From a virus (taxonomy: Duplodnaviria > Caudoviricetes): DNA of 49,486 nucleotides. The stretch lies in IMG/VR virus record IMGVR_UViG_3300011338_000733, positions 1 to 49,486 of that record; one strand, given 5' to 3'. How positions within the stretch are numbered: the stretch's first letter is position 1; each line of letters starts with the position of its first letter. The position numbers and the translations under genes are program-made. Positions 35,224 to 45,200 of this stretch are shown in pieces. The notes under the pieces were generated by a model. That model searched no databases. It was not told where the DNA came from and saw nothing but the letters and a program-made list of their open reading frames with translations.

Positions 35224-35526
35224 TTAACTATCCCACTTGATAACAAAAGTAATATCTGTGTTTGAAGGAATTGGGTAAGGTGTAGAAAGTTTTCCTACTA
35301 CTATCAATTCGTTTTTATCGTTGTACAATCCAACTGTAGTCGCATAAGGTTTAAAATCCGATCCTGTGATACCGTTTTCGTATTGTCCATTAGATCCAGA
35401 TATAGTTGCGCTTGGATTTTGAGTATAATTAAAATCATTCTCGTTTACGTGACACCTAACCTCATTTTGATATATAGTAGTCTGAGCTTGAAATGACATC
35501 GTGTATGGAGAATAAGCTATTGGCAT
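35224..35526 (-). CDS. Baseplate/tail-collar-like domain; apparent detached C-terminus of 38691-40430
   Basis: NYTQNPS...YATTVGLYNDKNELIVVGKLS parallels the C-terminus of 40443-41474. Confidence 0.65.
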   Translation of the reverse strand: MPIAYSPYTMSFQAQTTIYQNEVRCHVNENDFNYTQNPSATISGSNGQYENGITGSDFKPYATTVGLYNDKNELIVVGKLSTPYPIPSNTDITFVIKWDS

Positions 35527-35549
35527 ATAGTAATAAATACTTAAAGATG

Positions 35550-36155
35550 TTATTTTGATATTACGAGAATACTATTATCTATCGGATAATGATCTTTAAC
35601 AAGATTTAATACTTCAAAAGATAAAATATCATGTTTAATAATAAGTTGTTCTTTAATATCTTCAAAATTTTTAATAGTTTCAGGAAAAAGATCTTCTATT
35701 ATATACTTTCCTCCTTTTTTTAATTTATAAAATGAATTTTCGAAAAATGTTAAATTAGCATTAAATTCGTGTAATCCATCATCTACGATAATATCAAATT
35801 CTAAATTTATTAAATCACTAATATTCCATAAATTATTAATACTTTGTATATTTGTTTGATCACAGAAATAAGTTTTTATTCTATCATCACTAAATAGAAT
35901 CCTCTTATCAATATCAGCCCCATATATATTAGAATTAGGAAAAAATTCTTTCCATCCATATAAAGAAGCACCTGGAGTACCATTAGGTCCCATACTTGAT
36001 GCGACATCTGTGTAATTGGTTCCTAAGCCCAATTCAAATATATTTAGATTATTATTTGAAATGTCATTAAAATAGTCGTAGTATATAGTAGTATAGTTAT
36101 GGTATGATCCCTTATCACTACCACATTTAGTCATTATATTACAAAGAGATGTCAT
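35550..36155 (-). CDS. Class I SAM methyltransferase, sugar O-methyltransferase (MycE-like) type
   Basis: GSDKG..HNYT..Y, FELGLG, YGADID, DIIVDDGLH, GG.YIIED. Confidence 0.8.
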   Translation of the reverse strand: MTSLCNIMTKCGSDKGSYHNYTTIYYDYFNDISNNNLNIFELGLGTNYTDVASSMGPNGTPGASLYGWKEFFPNSNIYGADIDKRILFSDDRIKTYFCDQTNIQSINNLWNISDLINLEFDIIVDDGLHEFNANLTFFENSFYKLKKGGKYIIEDLFPETIKNFEDIKEQLIIKHDILSFEVLNLVKDHYPIDNSILVISK

Positions 36156-36999
36156 TGTTTAGAAATTTATAATTTTTATAATTGTGACCAACACCATCAT
36201 AGTGTTTGCTAGTATATGCAGTTTCATATAATACATTGCTATCTAAATTTATTGTATATTCACTATTATTTTCTAAAAAATTTAGCATAAAGTTAAATTT
36301 ATCTGTATGATAATTAATATCACTTTCACACCAATTAGATCCTCTAGCATAATGAATTAGTGAATTATCTATAAATTGACAATTGTATATTTTTTTATAT
36401 GGATATTGGCTACTATTTTTTACAAAAATATAATCAGTTTCTATGTCTATAGTAGCAGTATGATTTAGATAACACGTTTTGTATTTTTCAATAAGATAAT
36501 AAGTTCCTGATCCTGAATCTCCAACTCCGCTTCTAAAATGAAAATTAGGTATATCTACACTATTTTTAAATATAAAAAATATAGAAGATAAGTAAACATA
36601 AGTAATATCGTCATATGTTCTTTGTTGATGTATCCCAGCTACATCTTGTCCTTTCATTAATTCTATAAAACTAAATTTATTGAAAGAGAATACATCGCTA
36701 TCCATAAAAACAGTAATGTCTTCTTTGCTATCTTTTTCTACATGATTACGAATTGTATAATCTACAGCTTGAGAATGTGACCATGAACAATATTCAGGAA
36801 TATAAGAAGGTCTATCAAATTCAATACAATTTATATCTAGCAATTGACATTCTTTTCTAATTTTATCTTTTGTCAATTCATCTACACCATTATTTATAAT
36901 GTTTATTTTAAATTTATCAATGCAATTTTCATTTAATTTTTTAAACTGGATGCTAATAAATTCAGGTTTTATATAATATGTTATGTATATATTAATCAT
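36139..36999 (-). CDS. GT-A fold glycosyltransferase
   Basis: SHSQAVD, VFMDSDVF (DxD), DSGSG, HYARGSNW. Confidence 0.7.
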   Translation of the reverse strand: MINIYITYYIKPEFISIQFKKLNENCIDKFKINIINNGVDELTKDKIRKECQLLDINCIEFDRPSYIPEYCSWSHSQAVDYTIRNHVEKDSKEDITVFMDSDVFSFNKFSFIELMKGQDVAGIHQQRTYDDITYVYLSSIFFIFKNSVDIPNFHFRSGVGDSGSGTYYLIEKYKTCYLNHTATIDIETDYIFVKNSSQYPYKKIYNCQFIDNSLIHYARGSNWCESDINYHTDKFNFMLNFLENNSEYTINLDSNVLYETAYTSKHYDGVGHNYKNYKFLNNDISL

Positions 37000-37708
37000 C
37001 TGATAATAATTCTTTTTTTAAATGTTCTATGTTTAAATTGGGATCACGAGTATTAAGTATTCCTGCTTTATCGCTAACATTAAATTTATAGTTTTCTAAA
37101 TATACCACTAAAGAGGGTGGATTATAGTGATAATATTGATTAATGTAGCTTTCATCATTTACTCCTGGTTCATAAGGTATTTTTTGATCTTCTAATTGGT
37201 TATTTCTAAGTACTTTACAAACCTCTATTATTTTATCTTTTTTCCCTCCAAATAAACATCCATGATAATACATTTGAGGTAGAGTTGTATCTAAAGGAAC
37301 GTATGCTTTAGATTGAGGATTTCTATCATATCCTTTTAGTTCTTTCATCCAATCTCTGTTTCCAAAATGTTCAAACCCAACGGTATCTCCTATAAACCAC
37401 TCTTCTGTAAAATCTTGACTTATGCTAGTATCAGCATCAAAATATATTAGATAATCACTATCACAATTTTCTATAGACAGTATATTACTAAACTTTGAAT
37501 TAGTTCCTTCTAACCAACTATTATGCTTATTGTAATAATACTTTACATCAATATTTTCTTGTAAATATGGTTCAGGATCGGTGTCTGAGAAAAAATGGAA
37601 GGTAATAGGCTTATCTCCTTTATAATGATGGGTGAATTTTTTTATGAATTTGACTCCTAAAACAAAATACGCATTAGTGGCTAAAATAACGATTCCTATT
37701 TTTTTCAT
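36992..37708 (-). CDS. GT6-family (ABO/alpha-1,3-Gal(NAc)-type) glycosyltransferase (start re-called at the ATGA overlap)
   Basis: KIGIVILATNAY, FFSD, YFDAD, YYHGCLFGG, NDESYIN.Y match the GT6 motif order. Confidence 0.8.
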   Translation of the reverse strand: MKKIGIVILATNAYFVLGVKFIKKFTHHYKGDKPITFHFFSDTDPEPYLQENIDVKYYYNKHNSWLEGTNSKFSNILSIENCDSDYLIYFDADTSISQDFTEEWFIGDTVGFEHFGNRDWMKELKGYDRNPQSKAYVPLDTTLPQMYYHGCLFGGKKDKIIEVCKVLRNNQLEDQKIPYEPGVNDESYINQYYHYNPPSLVVYLENYKFNVSDKAGILNTRDPNLNIEHLKKELLSDD

Positions 37709-38661
37709 AACAAACAAGTTTTAGTTTCTACTTCTTTAATTTCTTGATAATATAAGTGACTACAATTATCGTCTTTTGTTCTAAGACTTAAATTATATGG
37801 TAAGCTATCTCTATAATTGGCCTTATAAAATTTTCCTCCGCAAGAACAAGTTACTCCTGCGTTATGGTATATTGTAGCTTCTTCCCATCTGTTCGTAGAA
37901 TCTGTACCCCAACAAAAATCCAGTTCCTTTACTACCATAGTTTCGTGACCTTTTATCCATGCATTCCATAACACAGCCCACATATCCGCACACCATATCT
38001 GTAATTCGTGATGATTAGGATCAGCAACTTTCTTTTGAGTGTTTAATTGAGTGATCTCATAAAATAGCTTCTCGCAGTCTCTTTCTACTTTGTCCCAGTA
38101 AGTCCAATCTACATTCTTAAGTATGTACTGTGCTCCACCTGAATGATCGTTTAGGAGCTTAGGAATCATCTTGGGCATGTTTACTATTTCGCACATTTTA
38201 TCGTAAACGTCTTGACCCTTAGACACTATGTAATCGTAGTTAATGTAACTATTGGTATCGCTTAGGTACCATATATCGTCGTCTAGAAACTTAGTAAAGT
38301 CTGGTTTTTTAGTGAATATTATATCGCAATCGTGGTAAAATATCGCCTCGTACTGCAATTCTGGATGTTTTCTAAAGTGTTGCTTAATTATGTTCGGTCT
38401 GATAGAGGATATGTAACGAATAGGTTTTTCCCTAGTGTCTTCGTAAAAAAAGAACCTAACTGTGTTATAGTGAGTGGCTAGTTTGTTCCACATCTCTATA
38501 GTTTCTGGTTTACTAGTATCGTCGTTGGGATTCCAAGCAACTAGAATATCGATATTGTTTGGATTAATTCCGTGCTTAATAAAGTTATTGATCATAACTT
38601 CAACTTGCCAAGCATAATACACTAACCTTGGTTGAGCGCACATGTAACGTAAATTTTTCAT
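37705..38661 (-). CDS. Glycosyltransferase resembling peptide O-glycosyltransferases (HPAT/SRGT1, GT95/GT96-like)
   Basis: YYAWQ, Y..SIRP, YHDCDIIF, GGAQY, W.ADMWA, IYHNAG; motif order recalled from that family. Confidence 0.55.
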   Translation of the reverse strand: MKNLRYMCAQPRLVYYAWQVEVMINNFIKHGINPNNIDILVAWNPNDDTSKPETIEMWNKLATHYNTVRFFFYEDTREKPIRYISSIRPNIIKQHFRKHPELQYEAIFYHDCDIIFTKKPDFTKFLDDDIWYLSDTNSYINYDYIVSKGQDVYDKMCEIVNMPKMIPKLLNDHSGGAQYILKNVDWTYWDKVERDCEKLFYEITQLNTQKKVADPNHHELQIWCADMWAVLWNAWIKGHETMVVKELDFCWGTDSTNRWEEATIYHNAGVTCSCGGKFYKANYRDSLPYNLSLRTKDDNCSHLYYQEIKEVETKTCLL

Positions 38662-38690
38662 AACAATTATATATTAAATTCTAATTAATT

Positions 38691-40430
38691 CTATACTATA
38701 GTGTCTCTATTTACAGATATACTAACTGCATTTGTTCCAGAAGTCATTGTATAAGAGTAAGTTCCCGCGCCACCTACACCAGGGCAAACAGAATCTCCAG
38801 TTGCTCCACTCATAGCGTATGTCTGACTGGTAGTAAATACTAAACTATCTCCGTTGGAAAGACCATTTATCGAGAATAAGAAATTACACGAACTAGTTCC
38901 TATACTTCCTAGTGTTATAGACCCTCCTCCATTTACTGTATATGTAAGTGTAGGAGTTGCATTAGCTCCTACTCCGATATCTCTAGCATATATGTTTATT
39001 GTTGTTGGAGTTTCGGTTGTGGTTGTACTAGTCGTACTAGTAGTTGTAGTTGGAGCTATTGTTGTAGTTGTAGTAGTGCTAGTAGTTGGAGCTATTGTCG
39101 TAGTAGTCGTAGTACTAGTAGTTGGTGCTATTGTCGTAGTAGTCGTAGTGGTCGTAGGCGCACTCGTTGTTGTTGTACTAGTTGTGCTAGTAGTTGGTGC
39201 TATTGTCGTAGTAGTCGTAGTACTAGTCGTCGTAGGAGCTGCTGTAGTTGTAGTACTTGTAGTACTCGTAGTTGTAGTAGTTGGAATCGTAGAAGGAATC
39301 ATCGCATTGGAGTATTCCTCGTTAGTAATCACTATAACTCCTTGAGAATACAATATGTTCCCAACATGAGTATTTTTAGCAAAGACTCCTTCTGATAAGT
39401 GATCTTTAGATGAATATAGCATATTAATTCCGGCTGGAGTAACAGATCCATTTGGTGAAGCTGTTACGCTAGCTGAAATTTGAGTTATTGTGTTATCATA
39501 CACTTCTATTCCCATAGATCCAGGATTTCCAATATTATAAATTCCTGCATTGTTTCCTATGAATTTTATTTCATGACTGCCTGAAGTTAGATCGACAGGA
39601 TATATGGTCCAATATCTTAGGTTTGTACCTGGTCCTCCAGGATAAGGTTGATCTAATATTAATACACCATCTATATACATAGAAGAGTAATCATCGCATC
39701 CTATTCCTATATAGTATGTTTTTGTAGTAGCAACAGATAGATTAAAAGTTAATACTCCGCTACCTACATATAATTGAGATTCACTAGACCAAAGACCTGT
39801 ACGATTTAGCCTTCCATCAATAGTATTTTCATTTGGATTTGTCCAAAATGTTCCAGTATAAGATCCACCGATATTTGCTGTTATCCACTCTATATAATTA
39901 CCAAATCCATGTATATCGTATCCGCTTGAATATAATCTGACTCCGTGATTTGTGAAAGCCGAATAAGACGACTGATTTGATCCTGTTACTCTTACGTCTT
40001 TAATGTTTCCGTTTCCATCGTCAATTAACTTGTATGTGCTTCCTGTGATGCATAGACTTTTTCTTGCTATCTGTTGTCCAAAAGCGGTTCTAGGAATTCC
40101 TATTACTGTAAGTTCAGCACTAGAGCTCGTAGGAAAATATCGATAATCGTTATCAAAAGTTCCTTCCGCGGCTGTAGATTGATTCGAAGAATTCCAAAAA
40201 CTAGAACTAAATAATAAAGATCCTGTAAGATACTCTTGATAGTAAAGTTGTTTTACTAGAGCGTAGTTTAAATAATTACTTCCATCTCTACCAAAAGAAG
40301 TATTTACTCCTCTATTTACCGTAATACCATTTGCTGTAAACGATGAACTATCGTAAGACGCAGAATATTTTAGTAAAATAGGAGTAGTGGAAACCTCTGA
40401 ACGTTTTATTGTGTTCTGTCCGCGACTCAT
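38691..40430 (-). CDS. Baseplate/tail-associated protein with a PA14-like domain and a mucin-like Thr-rich stalk
   Basis: LIDDGNGN and VGNILYSQGVIVIT structural motifs; GCDDYSSMYIDG..LTSGSHEI PA14 pattern; ~99-aa Thr/Ser/Pro tract. Confidence 0.7.
   Translation of the reverse strand: MSRGQNTIKRSEVSTTPILLKYSASYDSSSFTANGITVNRGVNTSFGRDGSNYLNYALVKQLYYQEYLTGSLLFSSSFWNSSNQSTAAEGTFDNDYRYFPTSSSAELTVIGIPRTAFGQQIARKSLCITGSTYKLIDDGNGNIKDVRVTGSNQSSYSAFTNHGVRLYSSGYDIHGFGNYIEWITANIGGSYTGTFWTNPNENTIDGRLNRTGLWSSESQLYVGSGVLTFNLSVATTKTYYIGIGCDDYSSMYIDGVLILDQPYPGGPGTNLRYWTIYPVDLTSGSHEIKFIGNNAGIYNIGNPGSMGIEVYDNTITQISASVTASPNGSVTPAGINMLYSSKDHLSEGVFAKNTHVGNILYSQGVIVITNEEYSNAMIPSTIPTTTTTSTTSTTTTAAPTTTSTTTTTTIAPTTSTTSTTTTSAPTTTTTTTTIAPTTSTTTTTTIAPTTSTTTTTTIAPTTTTSTTSTTTTETPTTINIYARDIGVGANATPTLTYTVNGGGSITLGSIGTSSCNFLFSINGLSNGDSLVFTTSQTYAMSGATGDSVCPGVGGAGTYSYTMTSGTNAVSISVNRDTIV
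39001..39297 (-). repeat. Coding tandem repeat, (I/S/A)APTT(S/T)TTTTTT units of ~36 nt
   Basis: Visible in both protein and DNA; synonymous divergence between units. Confidence 0.9.
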
Positions 40431-40442
40431 TTTTTATTTTAA

Positions 40443-41474
40443 TTACCAATCCAATTTAACTCTAACTAACGCTTCTTTTGTGAAATCTTTTACTAGTGGC
40501 TTAGATAATTTAGCTACAGCCAAAAGTTCGTTATTATTGTTGTACATTCCCACAGTTGTAATATAAGTCTGAGGACTGTTTATAAAGTTAGAATAAATCA
40601 TTTCTCCAGAAGACCCAGAGACAAATGATGGGTTGGTAGAGTAGTTATATCCAGCATTAGGAATCCTAACGAATACGTAATCAGAAGAGATAGTCTCTTG
40701 AGAATTAAGTTGAAAGTTTGCGCTCGCAGAAATAGCTTGATATACAGTTTGTAAGTTTGAGATATTAGCAGCCGCAGTATTTGTAGATGATAATGATATT
40801 GCTAATCCACCTTGACCTACTGGACATCCTAATGCTTTAGGGTTTAAAACAATCAAGCCAATATCTGGAAGAAAAAGACCATAGCTTCCTGAAGGAGTGT
40901 ATCCTTTAGCAGGAGCTCCTGAAATTAGTGGACTGCTTTGAGCGCTTCCATTAGAACCTGATACGATATTATACACCCTTCCTCCATCTACAAAAGTTAC
41001 AGTGCTTACATCATTAGAGTTGTTAGTAAGATTCAAAGTATCTGATCCAACTTTTAGTCCTAGATTAAACGTTCCAAGAAATAAACTTTCTTTGTATCGA
41101 TTTCTATCTATTTGAATAGCGATCATATCAAGTGATCCGGTATTCCCGGTTCCAAAGTTGAATTTAGTTTCAGCGTCTCCAAATATAATATTTCTAAATT
41201 GTCCAAAGTTTATCCTTGTTGGACTTACTCCTGGAATAAGAGAGTTTAGTGGCGCTGATCCTGATCCGTTAATATTGCCGTACGCTATAGAGAATTGAAT
41301 AGCAGAGTTCGTAAGTCCTACGCTATCGTTATACACGTCTAAGTAATAGGTCTTATCTGCGGTTGATGAAGTAAAAAAAGTAGCGAGTGTTGGAATATTT
41401 GTACTCCACGCTGGGGCTGTTACCGAGTCTGAAGATACTACTAGATCTGTTGGTGCTATTGCTGTAAATGACAT
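40443..41474 (-). CDS. Virion structural protein (baseplate/tail-collar-like)
   Basis: C-terminal YITTVGMYN...ELLAVAKLSKP..K; operon context. Confidence 0.7.
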   Translation of the reverse strand: MSFTAIAPTDLVVSSDSVTAPAWSTNIPTLATFFTSSTADKTYYLDVYNDSVGLTNSAIQFSIAYGNINGSGSAPLNSLIPGVSPTRINFGQFRNIIFGDAETKFNFGTGNTGSLDMIAIQIDRNRYKESLFLGTFNLGLKVGSDTLNLTNNSNDVSTVTFVDGGRVYNIVSGSNGSAQSSPLISGAPAKGYTPSGSYGLFLPDIGLIVLNPKALGCPVGQGGLAISLSSTNTAAANISNLQTVYQAISASANFQLNSQETISSDYVFVRIPNAGYNYSTNPSFVSGSSGEMIYSNFINSPQTYITTVGMYNNNNELLAVAKLSKPLVKDFTKEALVRVKLDW

Positions 41475-41486
41475 TTGTAGTTAATA

Positions 41487-42146
41487 TTATTGGTTAACTT
41501 TTACTATTTGAACTGGTACTGAAATCCTTGCTCCTGAATCGCGTCCGACTACTACTAATGTTGTGTATAGACTTGTATTAGTACCAAACAATGTATTAAT
41601 AGTCGTAGCAGTGATATTGATAGTTGTGCCAATAACAGTTTTACTAACGTTAGTTCCTATTGTTGTAGTAGAGTTTAAAGAGGTAGCTTCAGGTGTGTTT
41701 ATTCCTACTCCGTTAAAAGTAGCCGTAGTTCTTACATCCGCAATTGTAGCAACGTATCCAGAAGCTTCGAAAGTAGATGTAGCTCCAAGATAGTTCAAAG
41801 TTTGAGGAGTAATAGATAGTGAAGATCCTTGTTTAAGGACTATGTTAGAATATCCAACGCTAAGTACAGGAATTTTAGCTGTTCCTCTTGGAAGAGTAAT
41901 AAGCTTGTATTTCATAATCTCTTGATCGTCAGGATACGCTTGAATTATTGGCATAGCTTCGATAGCTTCGCCGTAAAACGCTGATCCTGAAGGATGATTA
42001 GGATTGTACAGAGTGTAATCGATTTCGTCGTCTGACAAAGAGAATTGAGTTATTTGAAAAGAACCGTCGTTTCTTGAAAGAAGTTCTCTGCCTTTCTTTG
42101 TTAGAATTGCATCTACGACTACAGATGTGCTACTTAAATATGACAT
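41487..42146 (-). CDS. Virion structural protein (baseplate wedge/collar-like)
   Basis: DAILTKKGRELL...ITQFSLSDDEIDY; late motif at 42172. Confidence 0.7.
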   Translation of the reverse strand: MSYLSSTSVVVDAILTKKGRELLSRNDGSFQITQFSLSDDEIDYTLYNPNHPSGSAFYGEAIEAMPIIQAYPDDQEIMKYKLITLPRGTAKIPVLSVGYSNIVLKQGSSLSITPQTLNYLGATSTFEASGYVATIADVRTTATFNGVGINTPEATSLNSTTTIGTNVSKTVIGTTINITATTINTLFGTNTSLYTTLVVVGRDSGARISVPVQIVKVNQ

Positions 42147-42211
42147 GAGTTAATAATTGCGTTGTTTATAAATAAATATCTTTGTTTTTACTTTTTAATC
42201 TTTATAGTTGA

Positions 42212-45200
42212 TTAAGGACTAGGTGGTAAAAGATTTTGAGCTCTAAGAGACTTCACAGTGTTACCAGAGTTAGTTTTTACTTCTTCAGAGATATACTGAG
42301 GAAACAATAGTCCTTCTTCAACTATACTTGAATCTTTTGGATTGTATCTAAGCATCACGTTAGTTTCATCAGGTACGTGTTTCCATACAATATATCTACA
42401 AGCTCTCCAACGAGCTCCAGAAAAACTTTCTGTTGGAACAGTTGATCCAGAACTAAATAGAGCTAAGTTTACAGGGCGATCTAACTCTGAATATATTCTC
42501 GATCCTGTCACCCCAGAGCCTGTAAAAATTACGTTTTTAATTGTGTATTCAAAGTTTTCATTCCATCCAAGTCGTGAAGCTGAATCATAAAAAGATATTC
42601 TATCGCCGGTATTTAAAGTAAATGGAAGTAATACATTGTCTAAAAGAGAAGCCGTAAAGGCTGGATCAGAAAATGAATCAAATGTTATTCCATTTGAGTA
42701 GTAATAAGCCAATTCTGAATTAAATACTACTTGGTTTGATTCGCTTATAAAATATAGACAAGGTTGAGAACTAGTTATAAAAGGTGTATAATACGTTAAT
42801 GTACTTGATCCACCGCCTGTTCCACCACCACCACCACGAGATATAATGCCTTGAATATATACATATCCCTCGCTTATAGCAGTAGGCCAATATGTAGATG
42901 ATGCAGCGCTTCCTATTATAGCAGTGCTAGTTCCACCACCACAAGATTTTGCAGTATAAGCACTAATATAAGATACTTGAATATTATTATTAGAAGTTCC
43001 ATTAAGTACACTTATATATACTACTCTAGCAACGTATGTACCTGTTGAAGGATCTTCTGGTAAAGTTATAGAAGCCTCTACATTTACATTATACGGTACA
43101 TTTCCATTATTGTAAGTGGCTTTAAGATATATATCAAATTGACTAGTATCACACGGTTCCGTAGGAGTCTCAGTTACAATCCAACTCATGGTCCAGTTAG
43201 CAGGTAATAATACAGCATCTGATGGAGTAGACCCTCCACCAGCAGTTATAGTAATTTCAATGGGACTAGTTAAATTATATGTCTGAGTTACGGCAGATCC
43301 GCTAATGTTATGTAATATGGGAAGGTATCTAAATCCTCCTTCAAATATTTGAAGTGTTGGATTATTTGCTAATTGCTGAGAATATGGATTCTTTTCATCA
43401 TACTTAAACAATGATACGTCTACGTTTTCTCCAGATTTATATACATTTTGAACTTCAAATATATTTGTATTAACTTTAGTTAGATCTAGTACGTTTTGAT
43501 TATTATCAATTAAGTATTTTATTTGAGCATTAGATCTATTTGGAAAAAATAGAGAAGAACTGTATATGTCTACTAAATAAGCATATTGATATTTTATCTT
43601 ATCAATAGCAGCAGTTTTGCCATATGACATATCACCAACAGTATAAGTGTTATACTTAGCACTAATTGTGTTAGATCCGTAGTATCTAGGATCTGTAAAG
43701 TGTCTAGTAGCATAGTTATAATCTTGAACGTACGCGTAAGGACTGTTTGGATTAGTGTACGTATTATAGTTATTGCTTATTGAATTGCTTATAGATTGCG
43801 TAACTATTCCAAAGTTGGTTGGAACTAATTGATTAAAATTGTAGTCTAGATCAAAAAATCTATTAGACCTAACTGATTGACTAACGTTTTGGAATAAAGC
43901 GCTTGGGGTAACCGAAACTAATCCCACAGAAGCGTTATTAGAGTTCTCTGCTTGACTTAGAGCATCTCCATTAGTAACTACTATCTCTGTTCCTCCAAAC
44001 TGACCTGTAAGCTTCTCTACGTTTTGAGAGCTGCTTATAGGAACTAGACCAACAGGAGTAATTTCAACCGCGTTCCAATTAGTGTTAGATCCAGAAAATA
44101 TGTTTCCAGGCTCAGCACTAAGAGTCAACATGTCTATTGATTGAGACATTTGATCGATGCTTGCGCTTGGTTCGTGTCTAGCGTACTTGTTTCTTTCTAA
44201 GATGTGACTTTTAACTATGATACCAGTAGATAAGTTTGCTCTAGCTGGAACGAAGTCTTTTATAGTCTTAAACAGAGAATTGTTAAAGTACTTAATCAAT
44301 CTTATGTACTCCCAAACACTGTGAGGTTGTGTATACGCTGAAAAGTAAGAATTACTTGCGCTAACTAATGGAGTATAAGATGAAGAGTACTGATCTTTTG
44401 GATTTCCTATAAGTTGATCTATATCAAAATATCCTAGAGAAGAAGTAATGTTATCGTTTAGTACGTCTGCTATAGAGAAACCAACTTCTATATTTGTGGA
44501 GTTTCTTCTTGAATTATTGTTGTAATACTGTAAAGTTGAATAAGGAGAAAGTACGCTAGAAGATATATGAAGGCTAGAAGTAATTGCGGTTACTTTATTA
44601 TTGTTTATTGAATCTACCCCATCTATTAGACTTCTATCGTATCCACCGAATTCATTTACAGTAAGTATGTTTTCTGGAATCCCATAAATAGAAATCAATG
44701 CTTTTATAGATCTTTGAGTTCCTCTTGACTTTAGTAAGTAAGGTAAGTTATGATAGATCCTTTTGTATATCTCTTGCTGTAAAACTTTAGACCCTTGTGT
44801 TATTAAACTTGAGGTAACGTAGGTATCAATTTTTTCTGATCCTGTTGGAGGAAGTAAAGATCCATCATAGTTATATCCAAACAAATCATAATATACATTA
44901 TCAGAAACATTTGTATTTGTATAGAGCTCCATTCCCATGCCTTTAAGAGCATCAGATACCATATCTATAGAGATACCAGTATTTGGATCATTAGTCGCAT
45001 TAAATCTATTCGTTACATCTTTGTAATAAACCCAAATATTATCAAAGTGTTGACCCATCATATCAACAAAAGTCACATATGGTTGATTATTTGCATCATC
45101 GTATATATACTGAGGCATAGTTCCCCTAAGTATATCTTTATTAGTATCATCGTATAAAGACGCAGAGTATAGTAATGATGAAGTATATTGACTTGGTATT

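Noticed and set aside
38854-39345. 163-aa poly-Val ORF on the + strand
   Set aside because: It is the antisense shadow of the Thr repeat (ACN codons read in reverse); no independent start signals.
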